A stretch of 64,000 bases of DNA from a bacterium (lineage in GTDB: Bacteria > JAMCPX01). The notes under the pieces were generated by a model. It ran no database searches. It saw only the letters and a list, made by a program, of their open reading frames with translations, and was not told the origin of the DNA. The position numbers and the translations under genes were made by a program. The stretch covers positions 35,469 to 99,468 of the forward strand of contig JBBIVV010000001.1 in the NCBI GenBank assembly GCA_037439545.1, read 5' to 3'. Of this stretch, positions 9,782-18,544 are shown one piece after another. The first letter of the stretch is position 1; each line of letters begins with the position of its first letter.

Positions 9782-10297
9782 TTAAATAAGTCCAAACATC
9801 AATTGAATGATAATCAGAGCAGTCTTGATAATCTTATCGGGCAGTGAGCTTAAATCATTATTGCCCGGTGATTGATTTAAGACATCGATAAACCCGGGGT
9901 TATTGTACATTGACATTATTTTTTGTTTTGTTCCGTCCTGTGCAAAATGGCTGCGGAATTCGGCGTAATCCATAACCTCCTTGCTGTTCATCCATACGCC
10001 TTCACAGTTTCTGCACAGCATAAACACCACCATATTTTTGAACAGGGGATCGTTATACTCTATGAGTTCCGTGCCGCATACGGGACAATGAAGTTCTTTC
10101 TTCGTAAGTACTGGCTTCCCCAGCAGCTCGCGGTCCACCTCAAGAAGGGTATCGGGTATTGTGGTGAACTGATAAAGCTCGTGGTGATCAAACCATACGC
10201 CGCCGCAGCCCGGACACTGGTCAACGGTAACATAGTTGTTTTCATCCGTCTTAAGAGAACTGGATTTCATGTCTCCCTGGCAATTCGGACATTTCAT
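9782..10297 (-). CDS. Double zinc-ribbon domain protein (two CxxC...CxxC units)
   Basis: MKCPNCQGDM...CPGCGGVWFDHHELYQ and CPVCGTEL...CRNCEGVWMNSKEV: two tandem zinc-ribbon modules. Confidence 0.5.
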   Translation of the reverse strand: MKCPNCQGDMKSSSLKTDENNYVTVDQCPGCGGVWFDHHELYQFTTIPDTLLEVDRELLGKPVLTKKELHCPVCGTELIEYNDPLFKNMVVFMLCRNCEGVWMNSKEVMDYAEFRSHFAQDGTKQKIMSMYNNPGFIDVLNQSPGNNDLSSLPDKIIKTALIIIQLMFGLI

Positions 10298-10911
10298 TTC
10301 TTTTTGAATGCCTTTTCCTCGCCCCTGGAGAGCCGTTTTATGTTTTCACGGTGTGTGAATAAGATGAATGCCGTCATAAATACTGCAAACCCTGTCATAA
10401 TGCCCCGCACGGATGTACCATGAAATAAAATCAATGAGATGAACGGAAGGCTTATTGCTACCGTCAATGCACCGACAGACGAGACCCGTGTGATTAAAAA
10501 TGCGGCCAGCCATACGACTATCAAGAGTAAGGCAAATAAGGGACTTAGTGCCAGAAACATTCCAAGACTCGTTGCAATGCCTTTGCCGCCTTTGAATTTA
10601 AGGAATGGAGTGAATACATGTCCTGCTACGGCAAGTACACCGGTAACAGCCATAAATAAATAAAGCTGTATCTGAGGCAACTCCTTGAAATAAAGCTTTA
10701 TCAGGAGCACGGGTAAAAAGCCTTTCAGTGCATCTATGACAAGTACAAACGCGCCCCAGCCTTTTCCCATGGCACGTGTGACATTCGTTGCGCCAATATT
10801 ACCGCTTCCGACAGTTTTTATGTCTATACCCTTGGCTTTCGCAACAAGATAACCTGTCGGAAGTGAACCCATGAAAAACGCACCGATTAAAATAAGGATA
10901 TAAAGGATCAT
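10294..10911 (-). CDS. plsY: Glycerol-3-phosphate acyltransferase PlsY
   Basis: GSLPTGYLVAKAKGIDIKTVGSGNIGATNVTRAMGKGWGAFVLVIDALKG: canonical PlsY motifs; 205 aa polytopic. Confidence 0.85.
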   Translation of the reverse strand: MILYILILIGAFFMGSLPTGYLVAKAKGIDIKTVGSGNIGATNVTRAMGKGWGAFVLVIDALKGFLPVLLIKLYFKELPQIQLYLFMAVTGVLAVAGHVFTPFLKFKGGKGIATSLGMFLALSPLFALLLIVVWLAAFLITRVSSVGALTVAISLPFISLILFHGTSVRGIMTGFAVFMTAFILFTHRENIKRLSRGEEKAFKKK

Positions 10912-11041
10912 AAAGCATAAATAACAGCTATTATTCTATGCGTCAACTCTGACGGAGTTTATTTGCTCTCGAGGGTTAATCATGCTATAATAATTACATG
11001 ACAAGGTATCGACTATCTCTATTGTAAAGGAGGTTTATGCT

Positions 11042-11677
11042 ATGCCAACCAAATCCGCGCTGCAGGCTCTTTCGATTCTAAGGGATCCGTCCCAGTTCCA
11101 ATGGTATGTGGTGCCTCTGCTGATCATCGTGATTTACGTATACAATGCCGAGGTCGGGAAAAAGAACTGGAATCTGGTTTTTGCAGGGCTTGCCCTCTGG
11201 GGGATGGACTGGTTTAACGAGATCTGGAACGGACTTGTCTTTCATTTTACTGACTATGCTCCGGTCTGGGGGACGCCTGGGAAATCGGCATTTGTAATTT
11301 TAATAGGACTTAACATCGAGATCTGCTTCATGTTTGCGATCATGGGTATTGCTTCTGCCTATGCACTCCCTGCAGATAAAAAAATGAGGATACTCGGAAT
11401 ACCAAACCGTATTTTCTTTGCTGTGGTATACAGCATACTGAGCGTGATTGTAGAGCTTTTATTGAACCGTGCGGGTGCGCTGACCTGGGATTACTCATGG
11501 TGGAATGCGGGAGAGCCCTGGCTTATCTTTTTGATTGGATATCTGCCTTTCTTTGTAGTGGCTTTTTGGGTGCATGACATGGAAAAAGTCAGAAATAAGG
11601 TAATAGCGGTAGGCTCTATACTCGGCTTTGACCTTGCCTGTCTCGTTTTATTCGCCGGTGTCCTTAAGTGGATATAA
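11042..11677 (+). CDS. Hypothetical polytopic membrane protein
   Basis: SD AAGGAGG 7 nt upstream; about 6 predicted TM helices; no motif recognised. Confidence 0.4.
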   Translation: MPTKSALQALSILRDPSQFQWYVVPLLIIVIYVYNAEVGKKNWNLVFAGLALWGMDWFNEIWNGLVFHFTDYAPVWGTPGKSAFVILIGLNIEICFMFAIMGIASAYALPADKKMRILGIPNRIFFAVVYSILSVIVELLLNRAGALTWDYSWWNAGEPWLIFLIGYLPFFVVAFWVHDMEKVRNKVIAVGSILGFDLACLVLFAGVLKWI

Positions 11678-11712
11678 AGCCCGGTGAATGTTCTCAATTT
11701 TGGAGGCGGTAA

Positions 11713-12513
11713 ATGCTCGTTCGTAAAGAGAAACGAAAACTTGGCGAACTGCTTCAGGATGTCGATCTTCTGAATGAAGAACAGGTGAAGCAAGCACTGC
11801 GCGTGCAAAAAGAACAGGGAATAAAATTCGGCGATGCAGTCGTAAAACTCGGTTTTTTGAAAATAGACGACATTAACTGGGCATTATCGAATCAGTTAAA
11901 CATTCCCTATATACCGGACCTGAAGGAAAAGGGTATTTTTGACCCTGCGAGTGTAGCTCTATTACCTTATGATTTTGCACAGAAGCATTGTGTTATCATA
12001 CTGGGACAGATGTCCGGCACGGTAAATATTGTCATGGCTGATCCGTTAAACGACACGGTCATAGAATATGTGGCACATAGTACGGGTAAAAGCGTCAATG
12101 TTTCTATAAGCGATGAACAGGCGATACGGGATATGATTGAAGTACTTTACATGAACAGCGGTGTTGCCGCTGCAAGGCATCATGAAGAAGGCGATGTCTC
12201 ACAGATAAAAGCAGAGATTAATACTGTGCTTAAAGAGATAGGTTCCGGGTTCGACGCAGAGGTATATAAAAACGCACTATGTATTTCTTTCAATGAAAGA
12301 GCAAAAAAAAATGTCAGTATCCAACTCATATATAAGGACACTGAGACAGGTAAGTATTTCATAGACATCCTTATAGACAATTCTGTAGGCGTCTTATTTT
12401 CCAACAGGGACATAGAGGAACAGCATATAAATGCGCTGTTGAAACTCAGCAGGTTACAGGGGCTTATCGTCATAAAGATTACAGAGAACCTAACCTTAGA
12501 AGCATTGGAATAG
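11713..12513 (+). CDS. T2SSE_N / MshEN-like domain protein (putative c-di-GMP-binding), stand-alone
   Basis: N-terminus carries two tandem 24-residue motifs, LGELLQDVDLLNEEQVKQALRVQ and FGDAVVKLGFLKIDDINWALSNQ, matching the MshEN consensus (RLGxxLVxxGLITxxQLxxALxxQ, twice). Confidence 0.6.
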   Translation: MLVRKEKRKLGELLQDVDLLNEEQVKQALRVQKEQGIKFGDAVVKLGFLKIDDINWALSNQLNIPYIPDLKEKGIFDPASVALLPYDFAQKHCVIILGQMSGTVNIVMADPLNDTVIEYVAHSTGKSVNVSISDEQAIRDMIEVLYMNSGVAAARHHEEGDVSQIKAEINTVLKEIGSGFDAEVYKNALCISFNERAKKNVSIQLIYKDTETGKYFIDILIDNSVGVLFSNRDIEEQHINALLKLSRLQGLIVIKITENLTLEALE

Positions 12514-12517
12514 CGTT

Positions 12518-13723
12518 ATGGCAAAAATAGACGGATTATTAAAATTACTGAAGGATAAGAAGGGGTCTGATCTTCACCTCGCGGTCGGTTCTCCTCCGAC
12601 ACTGCGCATCCACGGTGAACTCGAGAAAATGGAAGCAAGGGAAATCACACAATCGGATATGGAAGTCCTATTGTTTGAAATAATGGACAATGATAAAAAG
12701 GATCAATTCCTGAAGAATAAAGAGTATGATTTTGCGTATGAAGTAAAAGATATTGCACGGTTCAGGGTAAACGCCTTTTACCAGAGAAAGGGACTTGCGG
12801 CTGTTTTGAGGCTCATCCCGGCAATAATACCTAAATTTGAAGATCTCGATATGCCTGAGGTGATGAAGACTTTTTGTTTCTATGATAGGGGACTTGTGCT
12901 GGTCACAGGACCGACCGGCAGCGGAAAATCAACGACGCTCGCTGCGCTCATTGATTTTATAAACAGGAACTCTTCAGCCCATGTCCTGACCCTGGAAGAC
13001 CCTATAGAATTTGTGCATCAAAATGTCTCGTGTCTCGTAAACCAGAGACAGATCGGAGAGCATAGCCATACATTTGCGTCTGCACTGCGTTCAGCCTTGA
13101 GGGAGGATCCGGACGTTATCCTTGTCGGTGAAATGAGGGACCTTGAGACAATATCTCTCGCAATTACGGCCGCAGAAACGGGGCACCTCGTCTTCGGTAC
13201 ACTCCATACATCGAGTGCGGCAAAAACCGTAGACAGAATAATAGACGCTTTTCCGAAGGATCAGCAGGAACAAATAAGGACAATGCTCTCAGAATCGCTC
13301 AAGGCTGTCGTTGCTCAACAGCTTATAAAAACGGTAGACGGAAAAGGCAGGGTTGCGGCATTGGAGATTATGGTCGTCACGCCTGCAATCTCAAACCTCA
13401 TAAGGGAAGCAAAGACATTCCAGATACCCTCCATTATTCAGATAGGCAAGAAAGACGGCATGCAGATAATGGATCAGGCAATACTGGATCTTCTAAAGCT
13501 TAAAAAAATATCGGCACATGAAGCATACGCACATGCCAATAACAAGTCCATGTTCGAACAATACATGGCGAAAGGTACCAATATTTACATGGCTTACGGT
13601 ATAGAAACGGGCGCACAGGAAGTAGCACCCAATAAAGATATTTCCGGTAAACTAAATAAAGACGCAAAATCTGCCAACAAGATTCAAGAAGCAAACATGC
13701 AGAAGGGCGTTACAAGCCGTTAA
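12518..13723 (+). CDS. pilT: Type IV pilus retraction ATPase PilT/PilU family (with about 50 aa C-terminal extension)
   Basis: MAKIDGLLKLLKDKKGSDLHLAVGSPPTLRIHGEL..., Walker A GPTGSGKSTT, Asp box and His box; 401 aa versus about 345 typical. Confidence 0.85.
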   Translation: MAKIDGLLKLLKDKKGSDLHLAVGSPPTLRIHGELEKMEAREITQSDMEVLLFEIMDNDKKDQFLKNKEYDFAYEVKDIARFRVNAFYQRKGLAAVLRLIPAIIPKFEDLDMPEVMKTFCFYDRGLVLVTGPTGSGKSTTLAALIDFINRNSSAHVLTLEDPIEFVHQNVSCLVNQRQIGEHSHTFASALRSALREDPDVILVGEMRDLETISLAITAAETGHLVFGTLHTSSAAKTVDRIIDAFPKDQQEQIRTMLSESLKAVVAQQLIKTVDGKGRVAALEIMVVTPAISNLIREAKTFQIPSIIQIGKKDGMQIMDQAILDLLKLKKISAHEAYAHANNKSMFEQYMAKGTNIYMAYGIETGAQEVAPNKDISGKLNKDAKSANKIQEANMQKGVTSR

Positions 13724-13823
13724 ATACAAACATTTCAACACTTTTTGTCTATTTTTAAACATCTCGATATACTTTGAATATTCTTAGTCCTTAATTTACA
13801 AATAGTTAAAACTATTTTTTCAT

Positions 13824-13839
13824 TGGCACGTATAATGCT
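13824..13839 (+). promoter_or_regulatory. Candidate sigma54 (-24/-12) promoter TGGCACG-N4-ATGC upstream of the PAS/HD-GYP gene
   Basis: cattGGCACGtataaTGCtat compared with consensus TGGCACG-N4-TTGCW; one mismatch in the -12 element; about 20 nt upstream of the ATG at 13858. Confidence 0.3.
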
Positions 13840-13857
13840 ATTAATTTTAATATTACT

Positions 13858-15018
13858 ATGCCTATTTATGATGATTATAAAAATGAAAATATGAATAATG
13901 TGGTAAACAGGGCGTACAAGTTTGAGTCTAATAAACTCCGGGACAATCAACGCGTGAAAACTGAGAACCAGAGATTGAAAGACAATATAAAAGTTCATGA
14001 AACAACAACTGAAGAAGAGCTGAAGAAAAAAGAGTCATATTTTCGCTCAATTATCGAAGATTCCCAGGATATCATTACCGTTTTGAACAATGACGGGACC
14101 ATCCAATATGAGAGTCCTGCCATAGAACAGGTGCTTGGCTATAAACAGCAAGAACTAATAGGGAAAAATGTATTCGAATTTATTCACCCTGATGAGAGAC
14201 AGAGAGTTATTGAAATCTTCATAGAAGGTATCAAAGAAGCCGGCCACACAGAGGTAATGGAGCTGCGCTTTAAACATAAAGACGACTCATGGCGTTTTCT
14301 TGAAGCCAAAGCCAAGAACCTGCTCGATAAAGATGAAGTAACGGGTATTGCCATCAGTTCCAGGGACATCTCAGAACGTAAGAATTACGAGGACGAATTG
14401 CGTAAAAGAAACCATGAACTTAATTTACTGCATGCAGACTTTGAAGAACTGTTTTTAGGGACTGTCAAAGTCTTGTCGAACGCACTCGATGCCAAATCAA
14501 AATGGACTGCCGGACATGCAGAGAGGGTCACGAAATATGCAGTCGCAATCGGGAAAGAAATGGGCCTTGAGGAAAAGTCATTGAAGGAACTTGAGATTGC
14601 AGGACTACTGCATGATATAGGAAAAATGGAGACCTATATAGACCTTCTTGACAAGAAGGGAGAACTTACTGTCGAAGAAATAGAATTGATTCGGCATCAT
14701 CCTGTCAAAGGCGCAGAAATACTTTCTCCTATAAAACAATTGAAGGATGTTATTCTTGCCGTAAAAAACCACCATGAGTTTTATGACGGCACAGGTTACC
14801 CCGATGGTTTAAAAGGAGTAGAAATACCGTTTTATGCAAGGATTCTGACAGTTGCAGATTCAGTCGATGCAATGTCTTCGGACAGACCTTACAGGAAAAG
14901 CAAGGCAAAGAATGAAATCATTGCCGAGTTGACCAGAGGATCGGGCAAACAGTTCGATCCTGAAATTGTTCAAGTTTTTTTACGGATCTACCCCGCGATT
15001 GGCTGGGACAATAAATAA
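13858..15018 (+). CDS. PAS domain / HD-GYP domain protein (putative c-di-GMP phosphodiesterase)
   Basis: PAS-like region (IITVLNNDGTIQYESPAIEQVLGYKQQELIGKNVFEFIHPDE) plus HD-GYP (LLHDIGKM ... HHEFYDGTGYPDGLKG). Confidence 0.8.
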   Translation: MPIYDDYKNENMNNVVNRAYKFESNKLRDNQRVKTENQRLKDNIKVHETTTEEELKKKESYFRSIIEDSQDIITVLNNDGTIQYESPAIEQVLGYKQQELIGKNVFEFIHPDERQRVIEIFIEGIKEAGHTEVMELRFKHKDDSWRFLEAKAKNLLDKDEVTGIAISSRDISERKNYEDELRKRNHELNLLHADFEELFLGTVKVLSNALDAKSKWTAGHAERVTKYAVAIGKEMGLEEKSLKELEIAGLLHDIGKMETYIDLLDKKGELTVEEIELIRHHPVKGAEILSPIKQLKDVILAVKNHHEFYDGTGYPDGLKGVEIPFYARILTVADSVDAMSSDRPYRKSKAKNEIIAELTRGSGKQFDPEIVQVFLRIYPAIGWDNK

Positions 15019-15038
15019 TGCATTCCTGTGATTAATTG

Positions 15039-15066
15039 TTGACATCAGTAAAATATTATTTATAAT
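15039..15066 (+). promoter_or_regulatory. Sigma70-type promoter TTGACA-N16-TATAAT upstream of the cytochrome c peroxidase gene
   Basis: TTGACA at 15039-15044, TATAAT at 15061-15066; GGAGG SD at 15115-15119. Confidence 0.5.
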
Positions 15067-15124
15067 CATTACAGAAAGAATTCGCACTGCAAACAGCCGT
15101 GTTACTTTTAAAATGGAGGTTTGT

Positions 15125-16204
15125 ATGAGGCATGTAAAATTGTTCATGTCGTTTATATTTTTGTTTATTCAGTCAGTTCTCATGATCAATGCGAATGCAG
15201 ATGGATTATCAGGTTCAGCTTTCACAACTATCAATATTCATTCCCTTGGCCCGCAAAGAATCGGTGATTTACGGTCTGTGCCGGTTCCTGTCGGCAATCC
15301 GCAATCGCCGATGAAGATTGTGCTTGGGAAACAGCTTTATTTTGATACGCGTCTGTCAAAGAACGACACGATAAGCTGTGCAACGTGTCATAGTCCGTTT
15401 ATGGGCTGGTCTGATGCAGGACCGACAAGTACAGGTATTCATGGTCAAAAAGGTCCTCGCAGGGCTCCACCTGTTTCAGATGCGGCTTACAGCTCTTTAC
15501 AGTTCTGGGACGGCAGGGCAGCAAGCCTTGAAGAGCAGGCAGAAGGTCCTATGCAGAACCCTGTGGAGATGGGCAATACGCTCGATAATGTAGTTAAGAC
15601 GCTGAACGGTATCCCCGGTTATGTAGAAGAATTCAAACAGGTGTTTGGAGAAACTCCTATCACTATAGAGCAGGTCGTTAAAGCCATAGCAGCATTCGAA
15701 CGTACTGTGGTGACAAGCGATTCCCCCTTTGACAGGTATGTCAAGGGTGATGATAACGCCCTTACGGATGACGAGAAAGAGGGTCTTGAGATCTTCAACG
15801 GTAAGGCGCATTGCACGGCATGCCATTGGGGCGGTTATTTCAGCGACGGAAGGTTCCATAACCTCGGTACTGCACAGACCGGCCCGTTAAAAGTGGATGA
15901 TGGAAGATATGCAATAACGCAAGATCAGGAAGATAGGGGCGCATTTAAGACGCCCACTATACGGGATGCTGTCAGACGCCCGCCTTATATGCACGATGGG
16001 TCCGAGAAGACGCTTGAAGAGGTAGTGGAGTTCTACAACAAGGGCGGTGGAGACGATCCGAATCTTGACCCATTGATTGTACCGCTTGGACTCTCAAATG
16101 AAGAGAAAAAAGATCTTGTCTTGTTTATGGAAGCGGCACTCATAAGCCTTAACCCCGGGGTTGCCGGAGTAACGCCTATTCCGCCGTCCGTATTGCCTAA
16201 ATAG
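15125..16204 (+). CDS. Di-haem cytochrome c peroxidase (CCP/MauG family)
   Basis: Two CxxCH motifs (CATCHSP and CTACHWGGYFSDGRFHN), signal peptide, about 360 aa; start moved to the second ATG (15125), preceded by GGAGG. Confidence 0.8.
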   Translation: MRHVKLFMSFIFLFIQSVLMINANADGLSGSAFTTINIHSLGPQRIGDLRSVPVPVGNPQSPMKIVLGKQLYFDTRLSKNDTISCATCHSPFMGWSDAGPTSTGIHGQKGPRRAPPVSDAAYSSLQFWDGRAASLEEQAEGPMQNPVEMGNTLDNVVKTLNGIPGYVEEFKQVFGETPITIEQVVKAIAAFERTVVTSDSPFDRYVKGDDNALTDDEKEGLEIFNGKAHCTACHWGGYFSDGRFHNLGTAQTGPLKVDDGRYAITQDQEDRGAFKTPTIRDAVRRPPYMHDGSEKTLEEVVEFYNKGGGDDPNLDPLIVPLGLSNEEKKDLVLFMEAALISLNPGVAGVTPIPPSVLPK

Positions 16205-16215
16205 AGGAGAACTCA

Positions 16216-17472
16216 ATGAAAAGAATTTATATTTTTATATTGATAATCTCTGCCATAACATTTTTTATGCCCGATAGAGCACACGCTATACCTGCTTTTG
16301 CAAGGAAATATGGATTTACCTGCACCATGTGTCATACTGCGTACCCGAAGCTCAATGACTTTGGACAGAGGTTCAGGGACAATGGCTATCAGATACCCGG
16401 GCAGGAGGGTTATGAAAAGAATGTTTTTGAAATAGCACCGCCAATATCTTTAAGAACCACGACAGGGTTGACCATCTATGATTCAAAGCAGGGAACAACG
16501 TCAGGTTTCAATATTTATGGTCTTGATCTGCTCGCCGCAGGAGTATTGCATAAAAACATATCGTTTTTACTCATCTATACTCCGAGGATTGACGAACCCG
16601 CGGCAGATTACACGGGTCCCCAGGGAACCAACCCATCACAGCTCGGTTCAATGGAATCGGCAAACATTGTGTTCAGCAATATCATCCATGACGCACTCAA
16701 TCTGAGGATAGGGAGATTTGAACCGGCTTATCAGGCAATCAGTTCGCACCGATCGTTCTATATTATGGAACCTTATGAGGTGTATACATTTACCACGCCT
16801 TCAAACAGCTTTGTATTTGCAGACAATCAAATGGGTGCCGAGGCTACGGGACATTTCAGGAGCGGATTTAAATACGCACTCGGTGTTGTTAATGGTAATG
16901 GCGGTAATCCTGATAACAACACCTATAAAGATGTTTATGCGAATCTGTTTCAGGTAATAGGAAAAGGCGATGGACAGAGTGCGGGTCAGAGAATAGGCGT
17001 GTTCGGTTATTACGGCTGGCAGCCTGCTGTTCTGCCGGGGCCTGCAGCTGCACCGACAGGTGAGACGAATGGCGGCGGCAACAAGCCTTTCTACAGGCTC
17101 GGTGCAGATTTAAGCTTTAATTGGTCTACATTAAATTTTGAGGTGTTATATATGGCAGGCGTTGATGATAAGGCGCTTAACACATTGGATCCTACGAAAG
17201 GCTATGTTTATTCAGGAGGGTTTGCAGAGCTTGATTGGGCATTGCTTACCAATAACGGTCTTATAGCCTCTATAATTTACAATTGGGTCATACCTCCGGA
17301 TTATGATAATGCCAGAACAGTCAACGCGTACTCGGTTCTTATGAGGTATTATCTTGGAGATTGGACAGCATACAACATCGCTTTACACGGCGAATATACC
17401 TACAGAGAAACGGGAAAGAACAGCCCACGAAGGGAAAATCTATTCACCGCATTAGTGGATTTTGCTTTCTGA
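16216..17472 (+). CDS. Putative Cyc2-like fused monohaem cytochrome-porin (outer-membrane beta-barrel with N-terminal CxxCH)
   Basis: Signal peptide, then a single CTMCH motif within about 15 residues of the predicted cleavage site (AIPAFARKYGFTCTMCHTAYPKLNDFGQRF); the remaining 370 aa are beta-rich, Gly/aromatic-rich and end in ...ALVDFAF (OMP C-terminal Phe). Confidence 0.45.
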   Translation: MKRIYIFILIISAITFFMPDRAHAIPAFARKYGFTCTMCHTAYPKLNDFGQRFRDNGYQIPGQEGYEKNVFEIAPPISLRTTTGLTIYDSKQGTTSGFNIYGLDLLAAGVLHKNISFLLIYTPRIDEPAADYTGPQGTNPSQLGSMESANIVFSNIIHDALNLRIGRFEPAYQAISSHRSFYIMEPYEVYTFTTPSNSFVFADNQMGAEATGHFRSGFKYALGVVNGNGGNPDNNTYKDVYANLFQVIGKGDGQSAGQRIGVFGYYGWQPAVLPGPAAAPTGETNGGGNKPFYRLGADLSFNWSTLNFEVLYMAGVDDKALNTLDPTKGYVYSGGFAELDWALLTNNGLIASIIYNWVIPPDYDNARTVNAYSVLMRYYLGDWTAYNIALHGEYTYRETGKNSPRRENLFTALVDFAF

Positions 17473-17474
17473 TG

Positions 17475-18497
17475 TTACTCGCTGAAGCTGTAACTTAATC
17501 CTCCAATCCAGATAACCTGCGGTGCGGTAGAGAAAGAGCCTGTTGTTACCCTGTCAGACACTTTCTTTGAAACGGACAATTCTGCAGCTATAGCAATCCG
17601 CAATCCCCTGACCGGCGTGTAGAATAGTATGCCCGGTGTAATGTATAAAGGATTTTGATTCCATGATACACTCGAAAATGATGGATCGGTCAATGAATAA
17701 GAGCTGTAGCTGTCTGTAAATTGCGATGTAAATTCGAGCATGGGTTCTATGTAATATTCCGGCAATGGGAATAAAAGCGAAATTCCCAGCAAGGTAAGTC
17801 CGTCTCCCCGTATACCCATAGCATATTTTCCAAGAGGAGGAATGAGATTGTTATCAGTCGAAGATAAGAGATTTTGTGTGTTATCCCACAGATAACCTAT
17901 ACGCAAGGTTGCAATAAGCGGGAATGACAGCTTCGATTTACTCATATCATAAGATGCAAGCAGACTCAGGGTATAGCTTGCTGCATTGCCATTGTATCCA
18001 ATGGCTCCAACCTTGCTGTAAAGCAGGGCTTCCGTCAGGATACCGATACTCAGGTCCGGTATTACTTCATAGCTTCCCTTTATACCTATCTTTAAGTCGC
18101 CGGAATAATGTAAGGATTGTGATGAAGTAACAATACTTGAAGAATCGAGAGAACCGAGAGATATTTCAAGATACTGAAGCGGTGCATACGATAGTGCTCC
18201 ATACACGGTATTGTTCTCGAGTTTATTGCCTTGTCCTAAAAAATTATTCTGCGATGCATACGCATCATATACGGCAATATTGGCCCTTCCTTTCGTTATA
18301 AACGCCGACGGGACATTGATAGAACCGCTCTGACCTGTGACAGAAACCTCTGTTCCCCTTGAAAGAGCGTTATGGCTCTCTATGGTATCAAAAGATGGGA
18401 CAGTGATTGAATTGTTTTGACCTGTTGCAGGAGACTCTGCGCCTGCAACCCCGGTAAATAGTATAAGACATAAAAGAGTAATGACATAGGTTTTCAT
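17475..18497 (-). CDS. Hypothetical secreted / outer-membrane beta-barrel-like protein
   Basis: Signal peptide MKTYVITLLCLILFTGVAGA; alternating hydrophobic pattern, Ser/Gly/Tyr-rich. Confidence 0.4.
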   Translation of the reverse strand: MKTYVITLLCLILFTGVAGAESPATGQNNSITVPSFDTIESHNALSRGTEVSVTGQSGSINVPSAFITKGRANIAVYDAYASQNNFLGQGNKLENNTVYGALSYAPLQYLEISLGSLDSSSIVTSSQSLHYSGDLKIGIKGSYEVIPDLSIGILTEALLYSKVGAIGYNGNAASYTLSLLASYDMSKSKLSFPLIATLRIGYLWDNTQNLLSSTDNNLIPPLGKYAMGIRGDGLTLLGISLLFPLPEYYIEPMLEFTSQFTDSYSSYSLTDPSFSSVSWNQNPLYITPGILFYTPVRGLRIAIAAELSVSKKVSDRVTTGSFSTAPQVIWIGGLSYSFSE

Positions 18498-18544
18498 AAC
18501 CTCTCCTTTTTTGATTTCTTATATAACAGGTGTACGCACAAGTT

